Shown here one piece after another: positions 29,098 through 37,299 of a stretch of DNA of 64,000 bases; the first letter of the stretch is position 1; each line of letters opens with the position of its first letter. The DNA comes from an uncultured Treponema sp. (GTDB lineage: Bacteria > Spirochaetota > Spirochaetia > Treponematales > Treponemataceae), in the NCBI GenBank assembly GCA_946631855.1, contig CAMPAL010000002.1:587-64586 (forward strand), in the 5' to 3' direction. Position numbers and translations under genes: made by a program. The notes under the pieces were generated by a model. The model saw only the letters and a program-made list of their open reading frames with translations. It was not told where the DNA came from and did no database searches.

Positions 29098-29475
29098 ATG
29101 TACAGCAATTGTTTATTCGAAGCAATAAAAGCAAAAATTAAAGACCCGAAGAATGTACAGATTATTTATCTTCCTTCAAGGTTGAATGTTTATAAAGGCT
29201 GCCATTTCATGTGGACTAATAAATCATCAGGGGAAGATGTTTTATTCGAATTTATTTACCCTGCAGATAACAAAAAACATAATAGATTTCTTTTCAAAGG
29301 TAATATTGTGAAAACTTCAAGAGAAAGATTTCAACGGGCTGTAAATGCAAAATTAAATCGTTTAGCCCGTGAAATTGAACAAAAATATGATATTACAATA
29401 AATCAGGCTGAATTTGAGCGAGACAAAATAGGTAGCATTTTTGATGAAATCAAAAATGAGACAGAATTAGAGTAG
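29098..29475 (+). CDS. hypothetical protein
   Basis: 125-aa ORF with CCTATATTAT promoter and AGGAG RBS. Confidence 0.7.
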   Translation: MYSNCLFEAIKAKIKDPKNVQIIYLPSRLNVYKGCHFMWTNKSSGEDVLFEFIYPADNKKHNRFLFKGNIVKTSRERFQRAVNAKLNRLAREIEQKYDITINQAEFERDKIGSIFDEIKNETELE

Positions 29476-29495
29476 GTTTATTTTACACGATAATG

Positions 29496-30137
29496 CTACT
29501 TACTTTTATGAAAAAAGCCACGAATTTTATCATGCGCATCTCTCATTTTAGGTTGACAGCTTTTATCTATTCCACTTCCATCTGTTTCTTTATTGAAAGC
29601 CTCATCGGCTGTTACTTTAAATGTTGTATTTGGATAGAATTTTTTTAAGAACTTTTTTACTTTTTCTGGTTTGTCAAAATTATAAAGTTCTTCAATTTCA
29701 TTTTTAGAAAACTTCGAAAAAACGTTTTTTATTTGTTCTAAATTCAAGCCGTATTTTTTCTTTAGCTCTTTTTCCTTTTCATCTTTATCTTTTCCTTCGA
29801 ATTCACCCTTCTCAATTTTTTCGAATAAGGCAAGAGAAAAAGCTTTACTTAAGTACTCAAATTTCTCTGTTGCATCTTTTCCTGATTCTGTTTTTACAAT
29901 CCATACTTCTCGAGTTCGATGCTCATTTAATTGATTTTCCGATAGCTGATAACAATCATCCAGTTCAAGTTCAGCTTCAACCAAATTCAAAGTCTCATCC
30001 AGCTCCTCTTCCACCAATTCCAAAGTTTCATCCAATTCCCTTTCTGCCTCAAACAATCTTCTTCTCGCAATCCTAACTTTCTTTTCTGCTTCTTCGATTA
30101 CCTGAAGTTGTTTGTCATAGATATTCGTAATTTCCAT
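29496..30137 (-). CDS. hypothetical protein with internal 11-aa repeat
   Basis: ELDETLELVEE-ELDETLNLVEA tandem duplication. Confidence 0.65.
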   Translation of the reverse strand: MEITNIYDKQLQVIEEAEKKVRIARRRLFEAERELDETLELVEEELDETLNLVEAELELDDCYQLSENQLNEHRTREVWIVKTESGKDATEKFEYLSKAFSLALFEKIEKGEFEGKDKDEKEKELKKKYGLNLEQIKNVFSKFSKNEIEELYNFDKPEKVKKFLKKFYPNTTFKVTADEAFNKETDGSGIDKSCQPKMRDAHDKIRGFFHKSK

Positions 30138-30480
30138 AAATTTTTATCCTATATTTTCAATTAGCTAGCTAAAGTACGAGAAGGGATAATTCCGAACTAA
30201 ATTAAGTATGTGAAGGGATAATTCCGTTCAGGAAACTAAAAGATAGGCTATATCTGAAAAACCCCTGCTTTTCAAACTGGCAGGGGTCTATATTTTTAAA
30301 AAAGAGGAGGCGTGAAATGTTTACAAAAGGAGAGCTTGAACTTTTACAAGATGCAATTCAAAGTTGGCTTTTGAATGATTTTTTTCCTCAAGATGTTGAA
30401 TTACAAAAAGAGCTAGATGTGAAAAAAGAAAAGATGAAAAAGCTGTATGACTATATTGAAGTTTTGAAAGGAGAAACAAA

Positions 30481-30867
30481 TTGACAAAAGAAACATTTAA
30501 AAAAAGACTTGAATTGATTAAAAACCAATTTGATTTGATGGAAAAGAATCACTCTATTTTGGTCAAGCAAAACCCTTTTGTTGAGGATGGATGGGGAGTA
30601 CCTCCTGATTGGCTAATTCAACCATACCTTGATCATTTGAAGACTTTGTTTGCTGCTGTAAATGAAGGTGCTTTGAACAAAGAGTTGATTTCTGAAAATG
30701 AGGTTGGATTTGGAGTGGCTAGCGGAAATCAGGATAAATACGTACTTGCAGATTTGGCAGATTATTATGTTTGGGAAGGAAACTGGGGAGGATCAATTTC
30801 TGTAAATGAAAAAGAGTATCATTTGAAAAACCCCGATGAGCTTTACGAATATTTGAAAACACTTTAA
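30481..30867 (+). CDS. hypothetical protein
   Basis: TTG start after AAGGAG. Confidence 0.6.
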   Translation: MTKETFKKRLELIKNQFDLMEKNHSILVKQNPFVEDGWGVPPDWLIQPYLDHLKTLFAAVNEGALNKELISENEVGFGVASGNQDKYVLADLADYYVWEGNWGGSISVNEKEYHLKNPDELYEYLKTL

Positions 30868-30957
30868 ACTTACTTCTCCTTTTACTATAATTTTAAAAAA
30901 GTGATTTCAGATAAAGATACCTTCTGGAGTCACTGCAGAGTATAAGGAGAATTTACA

Positions 30958-32493
30958 ATGCAAAGAAACATTTCAATTACAGAGTTTATCAACTCTTTCG
31001 AAGAAGTGAAAAATTCACTCTTTCAAAACACCCTCAAATATCTGTACAATGCAGATTCACAAAACGGTTTGTACATTTTCAAAGCACAGCTAGGTTCAGG
31101 AAAATCTCTTTTAAGAAACTTACTTTTACTTTACAGAATTTCAAAACTCGCAACAATCCCCTCTTCAGAATATTATGCAATTGATTTTTTTGATGAAAAT
31201 ATTAGCTTGGCTCAAAATGGAATTTTGGAGTTTTTAGAGTATTCAAACCTGTTCATAAAATGCGATAATGAAACCTCTGTTTTGGAAAATTCAGAAATGG
31301 ATAAAATGCATATTTATTACTCTTTCAGAAATCGAAATATAATTCAGTTTGGAAAAAACGTCTTTTTGAGGTTTAGAAAAATTAAGGATATTTTTCAAAT
31401 AGAAGAAGCTGACATTGGGGATTCTCATTACGGGTTAGATGGAGATAGCCGACTTTTTTGTACAGACTTACTTTTTGATAGAGTTTCAATTAAACTTAAA
31501 GGAATTGTAATTAATGTAAACTCTCCTGAATTCTTGCCAAATGTAGATTTTATTTTCAAAAAAATTATAAAAGAAAAGAAATACAAACATGAAATGAGCA
31601 TTGACCCAATTCAAATATCTCTAAACCCTTTTGCAATGCTTGATGTGGGTCCTGAAATTCTAAAAGAGTTGAATTCTAATTTGATTGAGTTTAATGAATA
31701 TGATACAATTCTTGTTGAAAGTCCCCAAAAAGATTTTAATGAAAAGAAAGTCATAAACATTGAAACTGTAAATGTGAAAGATATTTTATCTCATTTTGGG
31801 TACACTTTGAAAAAAGAAGTTTCCCCAATTACAGCAAATTTTTCTGATAAAATAAAAGCTTTTTCAAAAGCTCTTGTAACTGAAAAGAATGAAAAAGCTC
31901 TCAAAGAAAATTTGGCAGATATTTTTGGTTTGGTTGAAAACTGGGATTATGTGAAAGCGAATTCAGATAAAAAGAATGAATATGGTTCAGATCAAATTGA
32001 ACAAATTATTGAAATGCGAAAACAAAAGGATTATTGTATTTTTGATAATTGGGATAAAAAACCTGAACAGTTGAGAATCCTTTTGGCAAATCAATCCAAA
32101 TATTTGAAACAATTTAATTGGGAAAGCCCTGAAATGATTACACTTGGCAAGTTAGTTGCTTTGAATTATGGCAGAGAAACAGACTGTTGTAAGCCTCCAG
32201 AGATTTTGGATATTATTGAAGAAAGATTTTGCAAATATGCAAAACACCTTAAAGAGTATGAAAATTCTTGGTTTGATGAAAAAACAGGCTTGAGAATAAA
32301 AGTTGCAAAAACTTCAAATAGTTTTGGAAAGCTAAAACCCGGTTTTCAGGATATTCAATTTTTGAGTGATCAAAACCCAGATTGTATTATAGGCTTTGAT
32401 ACTATCGGGGTTTTGCTTCCAATTTATTTGAAGGCTGGTGAAGAAAAAATAGGTATTTTTGGTACAATTTTTAACGGAGACGATCTAATTTAA
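30958..32493 (+). CDS. divergent terminase-ATPase-like P-loop protein
   Basis: AQLGSGKSLLRNLLLLY aligns with the reconstructed terminase TSIGWGK/SLLSNLCVSY. Confidence 0.5.
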   Translation: MQRNISITEFINSFEEVKNSLFQNTLKYLYNADSQNGLYIFKAQLGSGKSLLRNLLLLYRISKLATIPSSEYYAIDFFDENISLAQNGILEFLEYSNLFIKCDNETSVLENSEMDKMHIYYSFRNRNIIQFGKNVFLRFRKIKDIFQIEEADIGDSHYGLDGDSRLFCTDLLFDRVSIKLKGIVINVNSPEFLPNVDFIFKKIIKEKKYKHEMSIDPIQISLNPFAMLDVGPEILKELNSNLIEFNEYDTILVESPQKDFNEKKVINIETVNVKDILSHFGYTLKKEVSPITANFSDKIKAFSKALVTEKNEKALKENLADIFGLVENWDYVKANSDKKNEYGSDQIEQIIEMRKQKDYCIFDNWDKKPEQLRILLANQSKYLKQFNWESPEMITLGKLVALNYGRETDCCKPPEILDIIEERFCKYAKHLKEYENSWFDEKTGLRIKVAKTSNSFGKLKPGFQDIQFLSDQNPDCIIGFDTIGVLLPIYLKAGEEKIGIFGTIFNGDDLI

Positions 32494-32512
32494 AAAAAGG
32501 AGTAAAGATAAA

Positions 32513-32806
32513 ATGCAGAAAATTTTTCAGTTCAAAAGCTCTGATTTTGAATCATTAAAAAAGTTGAACGAATTGCTTGAAACTCAGCAGAGCTGGCATA
32601 TTGTGAATTTTTCAACTGTTGCAATCGGAAATTGTGAAACAATGAATACTTTTGTTTTGCAGAAAAGTGAAAAATGTGAATACAAGAGTCGTTTGAATGA
32701 GAGTAAAACAAATAATAAATCTGAAGAAGATTTGACAAAAAACTTGAATCAGGTTTCAGATGTATTTGCAGCATTGTTGAAGTCTCTTGCGGACGATAAA
32801 AATTAA
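32513..32806 (+). CDS. hypothetical protein
   Basis: 97-aa ORF with AAGGAG RBS. Confidence 0.6.
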   Translation: MQKIFQFKSSDFESLKKLNELLETQQSWHIVNFSTVAIGNCETMNTFVLQKSEKCEYKSRLNESKTNNKSEEDLTKNLNQVSDVFAALLKSLADDKN

Positions 32807-32815
32807 AAAAAAAAC

Positions 32816-32842
32816 AACCCCTGTTTTTGACAGGGGTTTTTT
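32816..32842. terminator. bidirectional terminator
   Basis: AACCCCTGT...ACAGGGGTT between convergent genes. Confidence 0.7.
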
Positions 32843-32845
32843 AAT

Positions 32846-34378
32846 TCATTTGAGAATATTTTTAACAGATCTAAACAACTGACCTTTATCAGTTAATTTT
32901 CCGTTAATTTGAGCTTTAAAAGCTGCATCCAAAGCCTTCTTAAATGAAGGCGAAGGTTTTTTACCGAATTTAATCAAGTCATTTCCGGTTAAAATAGGTT
33001 TCGGTAAAGGACCTCTAGATATAAAATCTTTGACTCTTTTATCATTCATTATATCTGAAACAGAACCCCTTTCATCAAAGCCTTCGAGTTTTACTCCTCC
33101 TCTTTCATCCGCTAAAGCAACCAACATTATCTCTTTGAACAAAGGATGCGCTGTGCATCTCCACAAGTGTTCATCTGACAATTTCTGCAGTTCATGAAAC
33201 TCCATATGATGTGCAATTATGCTGCAAATAAAATGGATTTCTTCATTGCTCATTCTCAAAGCTTTACAAAACTCGATTGCAGGTTCAATTCCTGTCTGGG
33301 AATGTTCTGAAACTTTTTGAATTGTTTCTTCAATCTCCTTTCCATCAAAAATGAATTTGTTTGTTTTCATTCCTTGATGCTGACAATGAATCTTGCCTAT
33401 ATCATGCAAGAGTGCTGCAATTTTTAAAAGAAAAATTTTTTCTTCATCCAAATCAATTTTCAATTCAGCAATGTTTGTACCTTCAAAAATAATCTTATGC
33501 ATTTCTGCAAAAGTCAAAAAGGTATGTGCCAAAACTGAACCGTGCTCAACTGGAGTACAACCTGTAAAGTCTCTCTGTTCCATTACAAAGAATTCTTTTC
33601 CTTCAGGATCCTTAAAAACAGATCCTTCTGCGTGCCATCTCCAAGCCTGCTCTACTTCATCCATTTTTTCAAAGATGTCAAGTAAACCAACAACTTCGAA
33701 AATTCGAGCTGCGTATGCAAAATGAAACGCTTCTGATTTGTATGTAAAGAATTTGCCCGCAATAATTTGCTTAAACTCTTTGAGCATTCTTTCTTTTGAT
33801 ACTTCAGAAAAGTCTAAGTCTTCGCAAGCTCTTTTGATTTCTTCTGTATCGTAAGCTGCTGTAAAACCAGTCTTTGCCAAAAAGCGAACAAACCTAAATG
33901 CGCGTAAAGGGTCTTCTTCCAAACGTTCTTTTGGATTGCCTACAAAACGCAGTGCTTTCTGCTCAATGTCTTTTTGACCTCCAAAAGGGTCAATGATGTT
34001 TCCATCTTTATCTTCGTACATTGCATTGATTGTAAAATCGCGTCTTGAAGCATCTTCAACGAGATCTGTAGTAAACCCAATTACAGGGTGTCGACCTTTT
34101 GTTTCGTCTTTTCTAAAAGTTGCAATTTCAATTTCTTCTAATTTACCGTTGATCTCAATTAAAGGTATTGTAACCCCAAATTGTTCAGCGTTTTTAGAAA
34201 CGTTTGAGAATTTTGTAAAAATAGAATGAAGATCTTTAGGGGTGAGGGAACCTGCTAAATCCAAATCATGAGGTTCCTTGCCTAAGAGTTCATCTCTAAC
34301 ACAACCGCCAACGAAAAATATCTTGAAACCCTTTTCTTCAATCGGTTTCATCACTTTCTCTATAATTTGTTTTTTCAA
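32846..34378 (-). CDS. cca: CCA-adding tRNA nucleotidyltransferase with HD domain
   Basis: FVGGCVRDELLG..DLD, EIATFR, RRDFTINAM, EDPLRAFRFVRF, VSKER, HT..ALLHDIGK..HHM; probable TTG start at 34378 after AGGAGGAG. Confidence 0.85.
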   Translation of the reverse strand: MKKQIIEKVMKPIEEKGFKIFFVGGCVRDELLGKEPHDLDLAGSLTPKDLHSIFTKFSNVSKNAEQFGVTIPLIEINGKLEEIEIATFRKDETKGRHPVIGFTTDLVEDASRRDFTINAMYEDKDGNIIDPFGGQKDIEQKALRFVGNPKERLEEDPLRAFRFVRFLAKTGFTAAYDTEEIKRACEDLDFSEVSKERMLKEFKQIIAGKFFTYKSEAFHFAYAARIFEVVGLLDIFEKMDEVEQAWRWHAEGSVFKDPEGKEFFVMEQRDFTGCTPVEHGSVLAHTFLTFAEMHKIIFEGTNIAELKIDLDEEKIFLLKIAALLHDIGKIHCQHQGMKTNKFIFDGKEIEETIQKVSEHSQTGIEPAIEFCKALRMSNEEIHFICSIIAHHMEFHELQKLSDEHLWRCTAHPLFKEIMLVALADERGGVKLEGFDERGSVSDIMNDKRVKDFISRGPLPKPILTGNDLIKFGKKPSPSFKKALDAAFKAQINGKLTDKGQLFRSVKNILK

Positions 34379-34379
34379 T

Positions 34380-34598
34380 TCACTCCTCCTCACTGCAAGC
34401 CGAATCATAACCCTCTTCATAACCGCACTGACTGATTTCATCAAAAAGCTGCGTAGCTATTTGTTTCAAATCAACATCTGAAGTGTTCAGGTTTATTACG
34501 GTTAAATTTTCAACCACCCAATTTATCCACTCTTTTCGATTTTCTTGGGTTTGCATTCCGTATCTAATGTCAATTTTTGGCGACTTTGTCAACTTCAT
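34380..34598 (-). CDS. hypothetical protein
   Basis: MKLTKSPK start after AAGGAG. Confidence 0.55.
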   Translation of the reverse strand: MKLTKSPKIDIRYGMQTQENRKEWINWVVENLTVINLNTSDVDLKQIATQLFDEISQCGYEEGYDSACSEEE

Positions 34599-34602
34599 TT
34601 TT

Positions 34603-34953
34603 TCAAACTCCTTTGCTAAAAACATAACTGCCACTAGCCTTAACAATCAAGCCTTTTTCAATTGACTGCTTTACAAGCTGTCTTGCGTAAACTGGCATTT
34701 TCTTTTTTGCGATTGCCATCTGTTTTTCTGAAAGATGAAAACCCTTCAAAAGATACTGTGCAAAGCTTGAAAGAATACGCGCATCGCAAGCACGAAAACC
34801 AACCAAGTTGTAGTAACGAGTATCTTTTGAAGACTGCTCATCTTTCGTCTGATATTCATAAATACGAAGTATCCCTTTTTCAATCTGAGCTTGATTTGTT
34901 GCAAGCTGCGTTTTAAGCAACTCAATGATTTGATTTCTGCTTGTGAATTTCAT
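34603..34953 (-). CDS. hypothetical phage protein
   Basis: 116 aa, IYEYQTKDEQ..N.VGF..DA..LSS..LSEKQ; promoter and GAGGTAC upstream. Confidence 0.7.
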   Translation of the reverse strand: MKFTSRNQIIELLKTQLATNQAQIEKGILRIYEYQTKDEQSSKDTRYYNLVGFRACDARILSSFAQYLLKGFHLSEKQMAIAKKKMPVYARQLVKQSIEKGLIVKASGSYVFSKGV

Positions 34954-35205
34954 ATATTTGTACCTCTCGCTTATAATATAGGGACTATTGATAAAAAATT
35001 CAACTTATTTTTTATGAAAATTCAATTCAATTTGCTGCGCGAATTTTTATTCAATTTTTTCAATTCAATAAAAATTTGATTTGCTGCAATTCAATTCAAA
35101 AACTTTTTTGTTTCATTTATATACAAAAAATTTTTGATTTTTTGAAAAATTTTTTGTTGCATTTACAAAATAACACCCTATATTATAAAGCAGAGGTACA
35201 CGTAG

Positions 35206-36888
35206 ATGAAACTTGAGAAACTTAAATCAGTCGAAATAAACGCGATTGAAAAGCCGGCACAAATTGCAGTGCCGCCTTTCGCAGATCAGTCAAAGCTTCG
35301 CGACCGTATTTTCGGAGCTCTTTGCAGAATCAACCCAGAGCTCCCTTGTATGGAGGATGAAACATTTTTGAAGCGCGTTTTTGTTTGCATTAAAGCTGCA
35401 AATAATGACAAAGATGAAATGATGTATCAGCCTCAACAGGGTGTTTCATATGTTAAATATATGAAAGAAAATTCAGTCGTTCAAAAGTGGCGCAAATGGT
35501 ACTCTGACGAAAAAGAGCGCAAAGCTGAATATCGTAAAGCTCACAAAGATGAACTCAAAAAAGAGAGTGATGAGCGCAAAGCAAAGTACGGTGTTTGTAA
35601 AGTTAACGGCGAAGAAGATACACTTGCAACTGGGTGGGCTTTGGAGTCAGAAGGCATTTTCTTTGGCAGAGGCGACTCCCCTGCAAATGGTTATTGGAAA
35701 GTTGCAACTCAACCTGAAGATGTTACTGTAAACACAAACGGTAAAAAGCCAATTCTCATTGAAAATCAGCTTGACGGCTCACATATTGAAAAAAGCTTCA
35801 ACTGGAATGTACAGTGGGATCCTGATTTTCACGGAGCTGCAAAATACAAAATCAACATTGGCGTACCTAACGCAAACGGTAAACTCACAAAAGTGAAAAA
35901 ATCGTCAATGAAAATCTTGATGTTCTCTTCAGTAAAGAAAGAGGGTCAAGAGAAAAAGTACAATGCAGGTGCAACTCTCGGTGTTGCTTATGAAAAAATC
36001 ATTACAAAAGTGACAAAAGATTTGTCAACACTCAACATTGACAAAGCTGGCACTGCAATCGCTGTTTTCTTTCTTTTCGAAAAAGGCATTCGTATAGGTA
36101 ACAAAGAAGCTACTGAAAACGGTACAAAAGGCTTGCTCTCACTCGTTTGGGGTAAAGATGTAAAGCGCAAAAACAACAAAATCAAATTCGATTTTTACGG
36201 TAAAGATTCAGTTCGTGATACTTCAGAAATTGAAACTGAATTTGCTGAAAAAATCGAAAAACATTGGCTCAAATTCAATCAGTTGAATACTTCAAAAAAC
36301 GCAATCAAAGAGTACATTGCACAGATTGTACCTGAGCTTGACGGAGTTTTTACACCGAAACTTGCGCGTACAGCTGTTGCAGCTTATACAGCTCAAAAAG
36401 CGCTTGATGAAGTTACAGCTGAATTGAAAGTAACAAAAGATTCGCCGCTCGCTTTGAAAAAGCTCGCAATCGATGAAGCTACAATGCGTGTTGCAAAACG
36501 TTTGAATCATCAGCGCGGTGTAAATAAAGCTGCTGAAGAAAAACGCAAAGCAAAGTTCGCTGAATCTGAAGTAAAGCTTGATGAGCGCAAAGCAAAAGTT
36601 AGAGAGCAAATTGCAAAGAAAACTGCGAAAATTGAAGAGCTCAAGAAAAAGGGCGATAAAGAAAAAATCAAAACTTTGAAAGAGCAAATCAAAACTGCAA
36701 AAGCAAAACTCGAAACAGCTGAAATGAGTCTTGAAGCAAAATCACGCAATGCAAACTTCGTTTCAACTACTGCAAAAAATAGTTATATTGATCCTGAAAT
36801 TATTATTCGATTTTGTGAAAAAATCAAGCTCCCTATCGAAAAAGTTTACAGCAAAGCTCAGCTGAAAAACTTCGATTTCGCGCTTTAA
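35206..36888 (+). CDS. type IB DNA topoisomerase, long eukaryote-like form
   Basis: GIFFGRGDSP..GYWK, GIRIGN (Arg), FDFYGKDSV (Lys), TPKLART (Arg), LNHQR (His), coiled-coil linker, TAKNSYIDP (catalytic Tyr). Confidence 0.92.
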   Translation: MKLEKLKSVEINAIEKPAQIAVPPFADQSKLRDRIFGALCRINPELPCMEDETFLKRVFVCIKAANNDKDEMMYQPQQGVSYVKYMKENSVVQKWRKWYSDEKERKAEYRKAHKDELKKESDERKAKYGVCKVNGEEDTLATGWALESEGIFFGRGDSPANGYWKVATQPEDVTVNTNGKKPILIENQLDGSHIEKSFNWNVQWDPDFHGAAKYKINIGVPNANGKLTKVKKSSMKILMFSSVKKEGQEKKYNAGATLGVAYEKIITKVTKDLSTLNIDKAGTAIAVFFLFEKGIRIGNKEATENGTKGLLSLVWGKDVKRKNNKIKFDFYGKDSVRDTSEIETEFAEKIEKHWLKFNQLNTSKNAIKEYIAQIVPELDGVFTPKLARTAVAAYTAQKALDEVTAELKVTKDSPLALKKLAIDEATMRVAKRLNHQRGVNKAAEEKRKAKFAESEVKLDERKAKVREQIAKKTAKIEELKKKGDKEKIKTLKEQIKTAKAKLETAEMSLEAKSRNANFVSTTAKNSYIDPEIIIRFCEKIKLPIEKVYSKAQLKNFDFAL

Positions 36889-36896
36889 TCAAAATA

Positions 36897-36938
36897 ATGT
36901 ACGTACAGCGAACATGTGCGTACATTTTTTATTTTTTG
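36897..36938 (+). terminator. intrinsic terminator after topoisomerase IB
   Basis: ATGTACGTACA...TGTGCGTACAT stem then T runs. Confidence 0.65.
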
Positions 36939-36944
36939 AACACT

Positions 36945-37268
36945 TAATTAAAAATCAATCGCAATATTTATGCATTGTATACATACATGTTTATTGAAAA
37001 TCACATAATATGTGCATATCAATGAATCAATCAAAATATTGCGCGTGTAATTTGAATATCATGCGTTAAATCATCATATATTGCGTTATATGTGCGTATA
37101 TCAATTAAATAATGTGTTAATTCAAATAATCGATTAAATATCACAACAAATCATTAAATATTGCAATCAATCATCATATATTTCACGTTTAATCGCAATT
37201 TAATGTTCATAATATATCAATCACAAAATATAATGCATTTTACGCGCATATGCGTTAATTTAATATGA
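36945..37268. other. non-coding tract lacking AG, CT, GG and CC dinucleotides
   Basis: direct reading: each of ~77 G:C pairs has its G preceded by a pyrimidine; lies between convergent genes. Confidence 0.9.
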
Positions 37269-37299
37269 GCTTACATCTCATATCAATGAATACGCGCGT

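Larger units (their letters stand above)
28976..30226. repeat. 24-bp inverted repeat pair flanking two convergent ORFs
   Basis: CGGAATTATCCCTTTACATACTTA (28976-28999) matches the reverse complement of 30203-30226 at 23/24; extra partial copy at 30181-30195. Confidence 0.85.

Noticed and set aside
35206-36888. Eukaryotic contamination or giant-virus origin suggested by topoisomerase IB
   Set aside because: The gene has the same CCCTATATTAT promoter and GAGGTAC leader as other genes in the window and a bacterial-type terminator.
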